64,000 bases of DNA, from NCBI GenBank assembly GCA_965219955.1, contig OZ244799.1:1536001-1600000 (forward strand). The letters run 5' to 3'. Position numbers and translations under genes: made by a program. Shown piece by piece: positions 17,799-27,740 of this stretch (the stretch's first letter is position 1; each line of letters opens with the position of its first letter). The notes below the pieces were generated by a model, which searched no databases, was not told where the DNA came from, and worked only from the letters and a program-made list of their open reading frames with translations. This DNA comes from a bacterium. Its GTDB lineage: Bacteria; UBA8248.

Positions 17799-20465
17799 AT
17801 GGCAGGAAAGGTGACGAGCTACTATCTTGCGGAAGACAGTGTCCCCCTCCCCCCGCCGGACGCGGAGGTGTTCACCACGGCGTGCGACTACTGCATCGTG
17901 GGCTGCGGGTACAAGGTCTACCGCTGGCCGATCGGCCGCGAGGGCGGGCCCAAGGCGAGCCAGAACGCCCTGCGCGTCGATTTCCCCACCGCCATCATGA
18001 GCGGCGGCTGGGTCAGCCCGAACATGCACAACATCATCATGGTGAACGGCAGTCCCCACCACGTCGTCGTCATGCCGGACAAGGACGCGAAGGTCGTGAA
18101 CGTCGGGGGAAACCACTCCATCCGGGGCGGCGTGCTGGCCAAGAAGCTATACAACCCCAACGAACCCTCGCAGGACCGCCTGCGCCAGCCGATGATGCGC
18201 GTCCGCGGCACTCTCCAGGAGGTCTCGTGGGACACGGCCATGGGCGTCATGGCGGGACTCTCGAAACACGTCCTCGACAAGTACGGCGAACACGCCTGGG
18301 CGATGAAGACGTATTCCTACCAGTATTTCGAGAACACCTACGCCATCTCCAAGCTCGCCTTCCGCGCTATCGGGACGCCGGCCTACTCCCCGCACGACAA
18401 GCCGGGCCCCGGCCCGGACACGCCGGGGATCGATTTTTCCGGCATCAACCCCTTCAGCGCCTCCTATGACGACTGGGGAGAGGCCGAGGTCATCTTCTTC
18501 TCCGGCGTCGACCCGTGGGAAACCAAGTCGGTGCTGTTCACCTCGTGGATCATGGGCGGGAAAACGCCGAGCAAGAAGCTCGTCTTCGCCCTGCCGCGCA
18601 AGACCTCGGGCGTGGCCTACGGCGAGAAGCGCGGCGGTCTGTTCCTCCCCGTCATTCCGGGGACGGACACGGTGCTCCACCTGGCCATCATCCGCCTGAT
18701 CCTGGAGAACGGCTGGGAGGACAAGGAGTTCATTGCGCGCAAGGTGTCGAACAAGTGGGAGATCGGCTCCGGCATGGGGCGCGGCACCCGCAACACGCCG
18801 TGGCAGTGGGTCACGACCTGGGGCAAGTACGGGACGGACTTCGAGGGCTACAGGAAGTGGATACTGAGCTATCCCTACGCCGAACTGGAACGGGCCGCCA
18901 AGATTACGGGCGTGCCCGCGGCGTCCATCCGCCAGACGGCTGAAATCCTCGCCAAGCCCAAGCCCGACGGAACGCGCAAGAAGACCTCGTTCATGCTCGA
19001 GAAGGGAAATTACTGGTGCAACAGCTTCGGGAACACGGCTTCGTTCGCGGCGCTGGGGCTGGTCTGCGGCGCCGGGTCGCGGCCGGGCCGGGTGATCTCG
19101 CGCGGCGGAGGGCACCAGCGCGGCTGGATGGGCGCGGCCGGCTACCCGAGGGTCATGTCGCCCGAGAAGGCGCCCGGACGCCGCAAGAAGGAGATCGATC
19201 TCGACCGCTGGGTCGTGGACGGTAACGTGCGCTTCGCGTGGGTCATCGGCACCACCTGGTGCCAGGCCATGGCGGCGTCCCAGGAGTTGATGGACGTCTT
19301 CCAGCGGCTGACGCGCCGCAACCCCCACCAGATCGAGAGCTTCGACGTCGATAAGGCGGTGGATGTGCTGAAGCGGCGGGCGGATTCCGGCGGCATGGTC
19401 GTCGCCCACCAGGACATCTACCCCGTCTCCCCGATCGGAACCGAGTATGCGGACCTGGTGCTCCCGGCCGCCACCTGGGGCGAGGAGGACTTCACCCGGT
19501 GCAACGGCGAGCGCCGCTTGAGGCTCTACAGCAAGTTCGCCGATCCTCCCGGAGAGGCCCGGCCCGACTGGTGGATCATCGCGGCCTTCGCGAGGAAGAT
19601 GGGCTTCAAGGGCTTCGACTGGAAGGACAGCAACCAGATTTTCGAGGAGGCGGCCCGCTTCGGAAGAAAAGGCGTGCTCAACTACCACCCGCTCGTGGTG
19701 AAGGCCAAACGCGAGGGGAAACGGGGCCACGAGCTGCTCCGCGAATACGGAACCGGCGGCATCCAGACCCCCATCCGCATGGTCAAGGGCGAACTCGTCG
19801 GCACGAAGCGGCTCCACGACGAGACCCTGGAGCTCGGAACCCCCGAAGGCCCCACCATGCACCGGAAATGGCTCACCTCCTTCGGGACCCAGAGCGGCAA
19901 GGCGGTTTTGCTCAAAAGCTACTGGGAGGATTTCAAGGACTTCTACGACCGGGTTACCCCGCAGGGGGATGAGCTGTGGGTGACGAACGGGCGGATCAAC
20001 GAGCTCTGGCAATCCGGCTACGACGACAAGCGCCGGCCCTACATCATGCAGCGCTGGCCCCAGCAGTTCCTGGAAATCCACCCCAAAGACGCCGGCGCCC
20101 GGGGCATCGAATCGGGAGACCTGGTGGCCATCGAGAACGACGACCTGCTCGTGCAGACGGGCGGATACATCGGCGTCGACGGCAAGGAGCAGACGTTCAC
20201 CGAACTCATGAAGGCGGGGAATATCAAGAAGAGCAAGGGGAGCTTCACCGCGGTGGCCATGGTCACGGACGCGGTCCGGGAGGGCGTCACCTTCGCCTAT
20301 TTCGGATTCCCCGAGAACCCGGCCAATTCGGTGGTCCACCGGGTGCCGGACCCCCTGACCAACCGCTACCGCTACAAGCTGGGCAAGGGGAAGTTGAAGA
20401 AGATAGGAGAATCTCCGCACAAGCATTCGCTGACGAGCTTAAGCTTCGTCCCCCGGACGCTTTGA
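17799..20465 (+). CDS. idrA: AioA-like DMSO-reductase-family molybdoenzyme, putative dissimilatory iodate reductase large subunit
   Basis: N-terminus 'DSVPLPPPDAEVFTTACDYCIVGCGYKVYRWP' ([3Fe-4S] C-x2-C-x3-C), 'SIRGG', 'RGGGHQRG', 'NGERRLRLY', 'NGRINELWQS'; preceded by a Rieske gene and two CCP genes. Confidence 0.85.
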   Translation: MAGKVTSYYLAEDSVPLPPPDAEVFTTACDYCIVGCGYKVYRWPIGREGGPKASQNALRVDFPTAIMSGGWVSPNMHNIIMVNGSPHHVVVMPDKDAKVVNVGGNHSIRGGVLAKKLYNPNEPSQDRLRQPMMRVRGTLQEVSWDTAMGVMAGLSKHVLDKYGEHAWAMKTYSYQYFENTYAISKLAFRAIGTPAYSPHDKPGPGPDTPGIDFSGINPFSASYDDWGEAEVIFFSGVDPWETKSVLFTSWIMGGKTPSKKLVFALPRKTSGVAYGEKRGGLFLPVIPGTDTVLHLAIIRLILENGWEDKEFIARKVSNKWEIGSGMGRGTRNTPWQWVTTWGKYGTDFEGYRKWILSYPYAELERAAKITGVPAASIRQTAEILAKPKPDGTRKKTSFMLEKGNYWCNSFGNTASFAALGLVCGAGSRPGRVISRGGGHQRGWMGAAGYPRVMSPEKAPGRRKKEIDLDRWVVDGNVRFAWVIGTTWCQAMAASQELMDVFQRLTRRNPHQIESFDVDKAVDVLKRRADSGGMVVAHQDIYPVSPIGTEYADLVLPAATWGEEDFTRCNGERRLRLYSKFADPPGEARPDWWIIAAFARKMGFKGFDWKDSNQIFEEAARFGRKGVLNYHPLVVKAKREGKRGHELLREYGTGGIQTPIRMVKGELVGTKRLHDETLELGTPEGPTMHRKWLTSFGTQSGKAVLLKSYWEDFKDFYDRVTPQGDELWVTNGRINELWQSGYDDKRRPYIMQRWPQQFLEIHPKDAGARGIESGDLVAIENDDLLVQTGGYIGVDGKEQTFTELMKAGNIKKSKGSFTAVAMVTDAVREGVTFAYFGFPENPANSVVHRVPDPLTNRYRYKLGKGKLKKIGESPHKHSLTSLSFVPRTL

Positions 20466-20512
20466 TGGAGATGGAGGTTTACACAGGCCCGTAGAACCAC
20501 GAGGGAGGTTGT

Positions 20513-20899
20513 ATGCGAATGTCTCGATCGAGAAGGTTTTTCATCTGCGCAGTCCCTGCGCTCGCAGTGGCGCTCTTTTTCTGGGCATCTGATGACGGGG
20601 CCGCTCAGCAGAAAGGCGACGTCGCGGCCGGCAACGTCAAATACCAGCAGCTTTGCGCCTCCTGCCACGGCGCATCGGGCAAGGGCGACGGCCCCGCGGC
20701 CAAGGCGCTCAACCCGAAGCCGAGGAATCACACGGACGCCAAGTACATGAAGACCATAACGGACGAATATATCGCCAAGATCACCAAGCTTGGCGGCGTC
20801 GCGGTCGGGAAATCGCCGTTGATGCCCCCCTGGGGCGGTGTCCTTTCGGACGCGGACCTCCAGAACCTGGTCGCGTTCATGCGCTCGCTGGCGAAATAG
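20513..20899 (+). CDS. Periplasmic monoheme cytochrome c
   Basis: Signal peptide, 'CASCHG..GKGDGP', distal Met in 'MPPWG'. Confidence 0.92.
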   Translation: MRMSRSRRFFICAVPALAVALFFWASDDGAAQQKGDVAAGNVKYQQLCASCHGASGKGDGPAAKALNPKPRNHTDAKYMKTITDEYIAKITKLGGVAVGKSPLMPPWGGVLSDADLQNLVAFMRSLAK

Positions 20900-20909
20900 G
20901 CTCACGAAA

Positions 20910-22955
20910 ATGAGTTCAGGGAATCGCGACCCCTCCCCTCCCGAGCGCTCCTTCCGGGTCGAGTTGCCCGGCCACGACCACTGGCGGAAAACGATTTGCT
21001 GCCAGGATGCGTGTCCCGTCCACACGGACGCGCGGGGTTACGTGACGGCCATCTCGGAGCATGACTTCGAGCGCGCCTACATCATCGCCCGGGGGCCCAA
21101 CCCCTTCGCGTCGGTCTGCGGGCGCGTCTGCGCGGCCCCGTGCGAAGCGGCCTGCCGCCGCGGCAACATCGACGCGCCGGTGGCCATCCGGGCGCTCAAG
21201 CGATTCGTGACGGAGCGCTACGGGGTGGAGGCCGACCTGGCGTCCGGCAAGGGAGAATCCTCCTTCTCGCACCGGAGCCTCAGGAGCATGCGGGACCTCC
21301 GCTTTCAGCCCTCCACTCGAACGATCAACGATTTCTCGGTGCTGGAAGCGGCCCGCCGAAAGCCCGAACAGGAAAAGACGGCAGGGAAAAAGGTGGCCGT
21401 CGTCGGCTCGGGCGTGGCGGGGCTGACCTGCGCCCACGACCTCGCCCTGCTCGGCTATGACGTGAGCGTTTTCGAGAAACAGGGGGTACCCGGCGGCATG
21501 CTGATGCTCGGGGTTCCCGAATACCGCCTCCCGCGCGACCTCGTTCAGGCCGAAATCCAGGCCATTCTCAGCCTGGGCGTGGAGCTTCGGCTGAACCAGG
21601 CCATCGGGCGGGACTTCGACCTTTCCTCTCTTCGCGAGGAAGGCTTCGAGGCGGTGTTCGTCGCCATCGGCGCGCACGTGAGCCGCTCTCTCCCCATGGA
21701 AGGGCAGGACGCGGACGGCGTTTTCCGGGCCGTCGAGTTTCTGCTGAACGTGAACCTGAACTTCCGCGTCGATCTGGGCGAGCGCGTCGTCGTGATCGGC
21801 GGGGGGAACGTGGCCATGGACGCCGCCCGGGTCGCCGCCCGGGTCACCGGCGGGGCGGATGCCCCCGCGGGCGCTGCCGATCAGACCGAAGACGCCGTTC
21901 TCATGCGCGAGATGATGGACGTCGCCCGCGAGGCGATGCGCGTGGGAGCGAGGAACGTCCACGTCATCTGCCTGGAATCGCGCGACGAGATGCCGGCGGC
22001 GGATTTCGAGATTGAAGAGGCGCTCGATGAGGGGATAGAGCTGGAACCCCGTGTGGGGCCCGTCCGCATCGTGGAGGAAGAGGGCCGCGTGGTCGGGCTG
22101 GAAGTCCAGACGTGCACCCGCGTCTTCGACGAGGAGGGCCGCTTCAGCCCGGAATTCGACTCGGACACCAGGCGCGTGATCCCGTGTGATTCGGTGATCG
22201 TCGCCGTCGGCCAGGCCTCCGACCTCTCCTGGATCAAGGATGGGGACGGCGTGGAGACGACGCCGCGCGGGACGATCCGCGTGGATACCGAAACCCTGGC
22301 CACGACCGCTCCGGGCGTGTACGCGGGCGGGGACGTCGCCATGGGTCCCCGGATATTCATCGAGGGCGTGGAGAACGGCCACCGGGCCGCCCGCTCCATT
22401 CACACCTATCTCTCGGGCGGTCAGGCGGGCGTCCAGACGCATCTTCAGTGGGCCTCCATCGAACCCTTGCAACAGGCGCTGCTCCGGGAGCCGGGGGACG
22501 GGTTTTCCCTTCCCGTCGTCAATCCCGGATACCAGAAGGCGTCCCGGCGAAACCCCGACGCGCTGCCCATCGAGCGCAGAATCGGCGTCGCCGAGGTGGA
22601 GCTTGGTTATTCGCCCGGAGAAGCGGTCGGGCAGGGGCTCCGGTGTCTGCGCTGCAGTGCGAATCCGATCTTCGACGGCGCGAAGTGCATCCTCTGCGGC
22701 GGCTGTGTGGACGTGTGCCCGTCGCGCTGTCTTCGGATGGTTCCCCTCGAATCCCTTCAGGGCGGAGAGGACCTGGCGGCTCTGGTCCAGGCCCGCTTCG
22801 GAACGTCCGCCGGGGGCGCAGGAGAGAGGGGCGCGGCCATGATCATGGACCCGGACAAGTGCATCCGTTGTTCGCTCTGCGCCCAGCGCTGTCCCACGGG
22901 CGCCGTCACCATCGAGAATTTTTCTTTCCAGGAAGAGTGGGTGGAGACTGGATGA
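20910..22955 (+). CDS. Cytoplasmic Fe-S flavoprotein, NAD(P)-dependent oxidoreductase (GltD/NfnB/SudA-like) with C-terminal ferredoxin domain
   Basis: 'CQDACP', 'CGRVCAAPCEAACRR', FAD 'GSGVAG', NAD(P) 'GGGNVAMD', C-terminal 'CLRC', 'CILCGGCVDVCP', 'CIRCSLCAQRCP'; no signal peptide. Confidence 0.9.
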   Translation: MSSGNRDPSPPERSFRVELPGHDHWRKTICCQDACPVHTDARGYVTAISEHDFERAYIIARGPNPFASVCGRVCAAPCEAACRRGNIDAPVAIRALKRFVTERYGVEADLASGKGESSFSHRSLRSMRDLRFQPSTRTINDFSVLEAARRKPEQEKTAGKKVAVVGSGVAGLTCAHDLALLGYDVSVFEKQGVPGGMLMLGVPEYRLPRDLVQAEIQAILSLGVELRLNQAIGRDFDLSSLREEGFEAVFVAIGAHVSRSLPMEGQDADGVFRAVEFLLNVNLNFRVDLGERVVVIGGGNVAMDAARVAARVTGGADAPAGAADQTEDAVLMREMMDVAREAMRVGARNVHVICLESRDEMPAADFEIEEALDEGIELEPRVGPVRIVEEEGRVVGLEVQTCTRVFDEEGRFSPEFDSDTRRVIPCDSVIVAVGQASDLSWIKDGDGVETTPRGTIRVDTETLATTAPGVYAGGDVAMGPRIFIEGVENGHRAARSIHTYLSGGQAGVQTHLQWASIEPLQQALLREPGDGFSLPVVNPGYQKASRRNPDALPIERRIGVAEVELGYSPGEAVGQGLRCLRCSANPIFDGAKCILCGGCVDVCPSRCLRMVPLESLQGGEDLAALVQARFGTSAGGAGERGAAMIMDPDKCIRCSLCAQRCPTGAVTIENFSFQEEWVETG

Positions 22956-22956
22956 C

Positions 22957-23448
22957 ATGACTGCGAGCATGGATGAACAGACCCCCCGGCGACGGATGCT
23001 CCTGGGTCTCGGCTGGGTTTCCTTCCTGATCTCCCTGCTGGGTCCGGTTCTCGCCAACGTCCGGTTCCTGTTCCCCAACGTCGTTTATGAGGGCGAGTCG
23101 GTTCTGAAACTCGACTCTCTGAAAAAATACCCCGTGGGGTCCATCACGTTTTTCGCCGACAAGAAAATCGTTCTGTTTCGCGAGAAGGACGGCTTCAGGG
23201 CCTGCACCGCCGTCTGTCCTCATCTTCGGTGCGTGATCAGCCCCTTCGTCGGGGCGCCCGGCGCGTCTCCCGATATATTGAGGGCCCGGTGTCCGTGCCA
23301 CGGCAGCACGTTCGACGGGCGGGGCCAGGTGCTCGGGGGGCCTGCGCCGCGCGGGCTCGACTTCTTTCTCGTCAAGAAATCGCCGGATGGCCGCGTCGTG
23401 GTCGATACGCGCAAAGTCGTCGCCCCCTCCGAGCATTTCAAGATCTGA
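22957..23448 (+). CDS. Rieske 2Fe-2S subunit of a second Rieske/cyt b complex
   Basis: 'PRRRML' plus TM helix; 'CPHLRC', 'CPCHGS', 'GPAPRGL'. Confidence 0.9.
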   Translation: MTASMDEQTPRRRMLLGLGWVSFLISLLGPVLANVRFLFPNVVYEGESVLKLDSLKKYPVGSITFFADKKIVLFREKDGFRACTAVCPHLRCVISPFVGAPGASPDILRARCPCHGSTFDGRGQVLGGPAPRGLDFFLVKKSPDGRVVVDTRKVVAPSEHFKI

Positions 23449-23457
23449 GCCGCCACG

Positions 23458-24954
23458 ATGGTCACCGAATCCCCACGGAAACCAGGACGCGGAAAAGCCG
23501 CATCGTGGATCAGGGACAACCGCGTCGTCCGCTCGATCTTCCGCCGCGGCTATCCGGACAACGATCTGGATCGCGCGGCCGTCATGTTCTCGAATTTCTT
23601 CCTGCACGTCCTTCCCGCGCGAACGCACGTCCACAGCTTAAAGCCCACCTACACCTGGGGGCTCGGGATCATCTCCCTGTTCCTGTTCATCATTCTTCTG
23701 GGCACCGGTTCCTTGCTCATGTTCTTCTACGTCCCCTCCACCGGACGCGCCTACAGCGACATGAAGGACCTGCAGTTCGTCGTCTCCTACGGCGTCGTCC
23801 TGCGGAACCTCCACCGCTGGGCCGCCCACGCGATGGTCGCCGTCGTCTTCCTGCACATGTGCCGGGTGTTCTATACGGCGAGCTATAAAGCGCCCCGCGA
23901 GTTCAACTGGGTCATCGGGGTGCTCCTCTGGGGGGCGACCCTGATGATGAGCTTCACGGGCTACCTGCTCCCCTGGGATCAGCTCGCCTACTGGGCCATC
24001 ACCGTCGGGTCGAGCATCGCCAGCTATCCGCCGCTGGTAGGAGAATACATCCGCACGCTCATGCTCGGAGGCGATACGGTGGGGCAGAACGCGCTGATCC
24101 GCTTCTACGTCATGCACGTCATCGTCCTGCCGGGGATCATGATGATACTCATGGGCGTCCATTTCTGGCGGATACGCAAGGACGGGGGCCTCTCCCGGCC
24201 GCCCGCGCCGCCCTCAGACGCCGCCCGGGGCGAGGCGGCGGCCTTTTCGCCGCACAAGACGTACATGCTCGTGGAGCTGGCCGAGGGCAAAACGCCCATG
24301 GTGGAGGCGCAGGCCCCCGAAGAAGAGGTCATGAGCTGGCCGCACACGGTCTTCAGGATGCTGGTCGTCTTCGTGGGCGTCGTGGCCGTCCTCTCCGCCG
24401 TCGCCTACTTCTTCGATGCGCCTCTGGAGGAGCTGGCCAACCCGGACCATCCGCCCAACCCCGCCAAGGCGCCCTGGTACTTTCTCGGACTCCAGGAAAT
24501 CGTGAGCTATTCCGCCCTGGCGGGAGGCGTCATCGTTCCCGCCGCCGCGATTATCGGCCTCATGACCATTCCCTACGTCGACCGGGACCCCGAGGGCCAG
24601 GGAACCTGGTTCACCTCGGGCCAGGGCCGGCGGATCACGCTCTGGTCGATCGTGGCCGTCATCCCGGTCGTCCTCGTCCTGACCTGGCTGAACGAGCACT
24701 ACGCGGTTCGGATACTGGTTCCGGGCGCCCCGCAGATCTGGGTCGACCTCCTGAACCCGGGCACCATACTGATCTTCCTCTTCGCCATCGGGTCGCTCTA
24801 CATCTGGCGGCGGACGGGGTCGAGCCGGATGGGGGCGCTGGCTCTCTATTCATATTTTCTGACGTCTTATCTGATTTACACGCTCATCGGGCTGTATTTC
24901 CGCGGCGCCAACTGGGCCTGGATATGGCCGTGGCAGGCGACGGGCCTGCACTGA
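23458..24954 (+). CDS. Cytochrome b (N-terminal and subunit-IV parts fused) of the second complex
   Basis: '[15 protein letters not shown]', '[11 protein letters not shown]', 'RFYVMH..VHF', '[15 protein letters not shown]'. Confidence 0.92.
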   Translation: MVTESPRKPGRGKAASWIRDNRVVRSIFRRGYPDNDLDRAAVMFSNFFLHVLPARTHVHSLKPTYTWGLGIISLFLFIILLGTGSLLMFFYVPSTGRAYSDMKDLQFVVSYGVVLRNLHRWAAHAMVAVVFLHMCRVFYTASYKAPREFNWVIGVLLWGATLMMSFTGYLLPWDQLAYWAITVGSSIASYPPLVGEYIRTLMLGGDTVGQNALIRFYVMHVIVLPGIMMILMGVHFWRIRKDGGLSRPPAPPSDAARGEAAAFSPHKTYMLVELAEGKTPMVEAQAPEEEVMSWPHTVFRMLVVFVGVVAVLSAVAYFFDAPLEELANPDHPPNPAKAPWYFLGLQEIVSYSALAGGVIVPAAAIIGLMTIPYVDRDPEGQGTWFTSGQGRRITLWSIVAVIPVVLVLTWLNEHYAVRILVPGAPQIWVDLLNPGTILIFLFAIGSLYIWRRTGSSRMGALALYSYFLTSYLIYTLIGLYFRGANWAWIWPWQATGLH

Positions 24955-24966
24955 GGCGGATGACGA

Positions 24967-25770
24967 ATGGCGAATTCAAATCACAACGATTCTCGGGTGC
25001 CGTTCGGGTGGGTGGTCGCCTTCGCCGCCCTGAGCGTATGCGCGGCGTTGTTTTTCCTGCTCTCCGTCTGGAAGGACTACGACCGCGAATGGCGGGACTA
25101 TCAGCGGACGTTCCGTGAGATGCTCGTCGAAAGAACCGGAACCGAAGAGGAGCGCGAGGCGGCTCTGGCGAGCGGGGATCAGTTCGAGCAGATCATCGTG
25201 GCCGGCGGCGAGCGCGTGGACAGGTGCGTCATGTGCCACCGCGGCGTCGAGCACCCGGCGTTCAAGGACGCCGACCAGCCTTTCGCCAGGCACCCCACCA
25301 TCCCGCCGCACCCATTCGAGCAATTCGGCTGCACCGTGTGCCACCAGGGCCAGGGGCGGGCCACGAGCGTCCAGGACGCCCACGGCGAAGTCGCGTTCTG
25401 GGAGGAGCCGCTCCTGCGGGGAGGGTTCATTCAGGCGAGTTGCGGCCCTTGCCACGCGGGCGCTCTCAAGGACGCCCCCCTCATCCAGAGGGGCAAGCTG
25501 CTCTATCTGATGAACGGCTGCCTCGCCTGCCACAAGATCAGGGGCGCCGGCGGGGTCGTCGGGCCCGACCTGACGTTTGCGGGCGAGCGCAAGAAGGACC
25601 CGAAGTGGCACATCGAGCACTTCAAGTTCCCGCAGAAGGTTTCGCCCGGCTCCGCCATGCCCGCCTACGGCCATTTGAAGCCGGAAGACCTCGAAGCGCT
25701 CACGGTCTACATGCTGAGCCTCCGCAGGGCGCCTTCCGCCCTGGCGCTGGCCGCGCCCAGAAAAAAATAG
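24967..25770 (+). CDS. Membrane-anchored tetraheme cytochrome c
   Basis: N-terminal TM helix; four CxxCH motifs (CVMCH, CTVCH, CGPCH, CLACH); C-terminal 'GPDLT..PGSAMP'. Confidence 0.9.
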   Translation: MANSNHNDSRVPFGWVVAFAALSVCAALFFLLSVWKDYDREWRDYQRTFREMLVERTGTEEEREAALASGDQFEQIIVAGGERVDRCVMCHRGVEHPAFKDADQPFARHPTIPPHPFEQFGCTVCHQGQGRATSVQDAHGEVAFWEEPLLRGGFIQASCGPCHAGALKDAPLIQRGKLLYLMNGCLACHKIRGAGGVVGPDLTFAGERKKDPKWHIEHFKFPQKVSPGSAMPAYGHLKPEDLEALTVYMLSLRRAPSALALAAPRKK

Positions 25771-26032
25771 AACGCGCATCGCCCTCCCCTCTCATCCGCC
25801 GGTGAAATATCCGGGCCAGGAGATCATTCGGCTTTTGCCTTCACGCCCGCGCAGGAGGCAACCGACAGATTGACCGGAGCCGATGCGGGCGCCGGCGCCG
25901 CAGAACGACCACTGAAAACGACAGGCCGAAGAGTCGAAAACGAAGCCGCTCGATTCGGGCACGCGCCGGAATGACAGGAAAGGCGCAAATCACTGCCTCT
26001 CTCCGATCGTGATCGACCCCCGGTGAACGGTT

Positions 26033-26061
26033 TTGAAGAAACGGGAGAACTCTTTTATAGT
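26033..26061 (+). promoter_or_regulatory. Sigma70-like promoter within a ~40-bp segment repeated at ~27250
   Basis: TTGAAG-17 bp-TATAGT; cggtgaacggttttgaagaaacggg recurs as cggtgaacggatttgaagaaacgga at ~27250-27274. Confidence 0.5.
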
Positions 26062-26133
26062 AGCGAGAATCAAGAGCGTCCAGTCGATTCAATCGAAAAA
26101 ATCTCCGGTTGGGCAACCAAAAAGGATTGCGAG

Positions 26134-26973
26134 ATGACAACCAAATTGACCGAAGAGGAACTTCGAATTCTAAGCGAGGCCTTAACATCAGAATCCGAGG
26201 GCCGGAAAATTGGCGAGGTGTTCGTCACATTCTTTGAAAGTCCTGGTTTTCAGCGTAAAAATCTAAAGGCCGAAGGACCTGAATATAGTTACATTAGCTA
26301 CCTTCTAGCATTAAAAGGCGAAAAATTTCCCAAGAGTTCTGCTCTTGCCCGTAACTCAGCAACCCAAATAAGAAGTTTCATCAAGAGACATGACGAGTTT
26401 TCCGATGACCTGAAAGAAAAACTGGCGGTTCATGCAGGCGAGTGTGATGAAATTTCCAATGACGAAGGCCAACAACGAAAAGAAATGAGCGAAGCTGCGA
26501 AGATAATCCAGAGAGAAAAGCATCAAAATGGAATCTACGCTTATACGTACCCACATTATCTCAATCATTACTTCATATCTGCCAAAGACGGTCTTACCGA
26601 TGATCGAACATTCATCAAAATCGGTCGAACATCAAATGCTTTAAGCAGCCGATTGGCGAGCGAAAAAACCCAGATGCCTCAGGATCCGATCCTGTTGTTT
26701 TTCTTCAAGGCCGGCGAGCGCGAACGCGCAGAGGAACCGGAACTAAAGAATACGCAGAATAATATACTTAAAGAAACGGAAACGACCATCCATGACCACT
26801 TGAAATCCATCGGCCATGTAAAATCCAGTTCCGGGGGAGGCGGTACAGAATGGTTCCTGACCAATTCCGCCACCATCGAGTCGACGGCTAAATTGATGAA
26901 GTTGGATATCGTATATGACCATAAAATAGAAGAAGCGAAGCGCGCAGAAGAGGAAGAGAAATCAGGCAACTGA
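26134..26973 (+). CDS. GIY-YIG (T5orf172-like) domain protein
   Basis: 'GIYAYTYPHY', 'IKIGRT', 'E..IH..L', 'GGTEWF'; low GC; start chosen at ATG 26134. Confidence 0.7.
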   Translation: MTTKLTEEELRILSEALTSESEGRKIGEVFVTFFESPGFQRKNLKAEGPEYSYISYLLALKGEKFPKSSALARNSATQIRSFIKRHDEFSDDLKEKLAVHAGECDEISNDEGQQRKEMSEAAKIIQREKHQNGIYAYTYPHYLNHYFISAKDGLTDDRTFIKIGRTSNALSSRLASEKTQMPQDPILLFFFKAGERERAEEPELKNTQNNILKETETTIHDHLKSIGHVKSSSGGGGTEWFLTNSATIESTAKLMKLDIVYDHKIEEAKRAEEEEKSGN

Positions 26974-27350
26974 GATTAAACATTCACCCGTATCATCTCG
27001 CACGGGCGTCCCATTCACTGAACATCCCCCAATCATGCGAATGCTCCCTCCCCTCTGGCAGTGACACTCCCAAACCGTCTTCCGGCATGCGCCGGAATGA
27101 CGAGCCAAAACGCAATGCGGGTGGACACGCGGTTCCGCCCCTACGAAATTCTGCGAACCAAACGAATCCGTAGGGACAGGTCGCGACCTGTCCCTGCAAA
27201 AGGCGCAACTCCTCGTCCGCATACCCCTTCTCCGGTCAAGTTTGCCTCCCGGTGAACGGATTTGAAGAAACGGAAGAGCTTTTTGGTAGGGGAATAATTG
27301 GGGAATTATAAACTTAACTATGCAAACTTTTTGAAATCTTTCTCCATTTT

Positions 27351-27740
27351 TCAAGATAATGAAACTAAAGCAATAACAACCATAAACGAAAAAACAAGTA
27401 TTATTGTCGTCGCTGAACCAAAACAACCTGTCCCTTTATTTGCCAATCTTTTTTTATTGCACTCACTACAAACCCAAACTGTCTTTTTTCTTTTATAAGT
27501 ACGAGAACTAATTCTTGGATTCATTCCTCCTCGTTTGTTGGGGCTTCCAATACTAACCCCGGATGAACGTCCCGTTTCCACATATTCCGTATATTCGTGC
27601 ATTTCAGGTTTCGGGAAACGATAATGGCAATCAGGACATTCAGCCGTTGCAACCCTGCCCCTTCTTGGTTTTTTCATTTCTTGTGATTCTGCCGGAATTA
27701 TATCACCGCCCGTATCTTCATCAATAAAATCGTCTGTCAT
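27351..27740 (-). CDS. Small zinc-ribbon protein with C-terminal TM helix
   Basis: CPDC…CSEC pairs, hydrophobic C-terminus, AT-rich; start uncertain (27740 or 27761). Confidence 0.55.
   Translation of the reverse strand: MTDDFIDEDTGGDIIPAESQEMKKPRRGRVATAECPDCHYRFPKPEMHEYTEYVETGRSSGVSIGSPNKRGGMNPRISSRTYKRKKTVWVCSECNKKRLANKGTGCFGSATTIILVFSFMVVIALVSLS

Noticed and set aside
18147-23078. Long antisense ORFs (759 aa, 720 aa) and similar shadow ORFs across the window
   Set aside because: They mirror well-supported genes in high-GC3 sequence and have no recognisable motifs.
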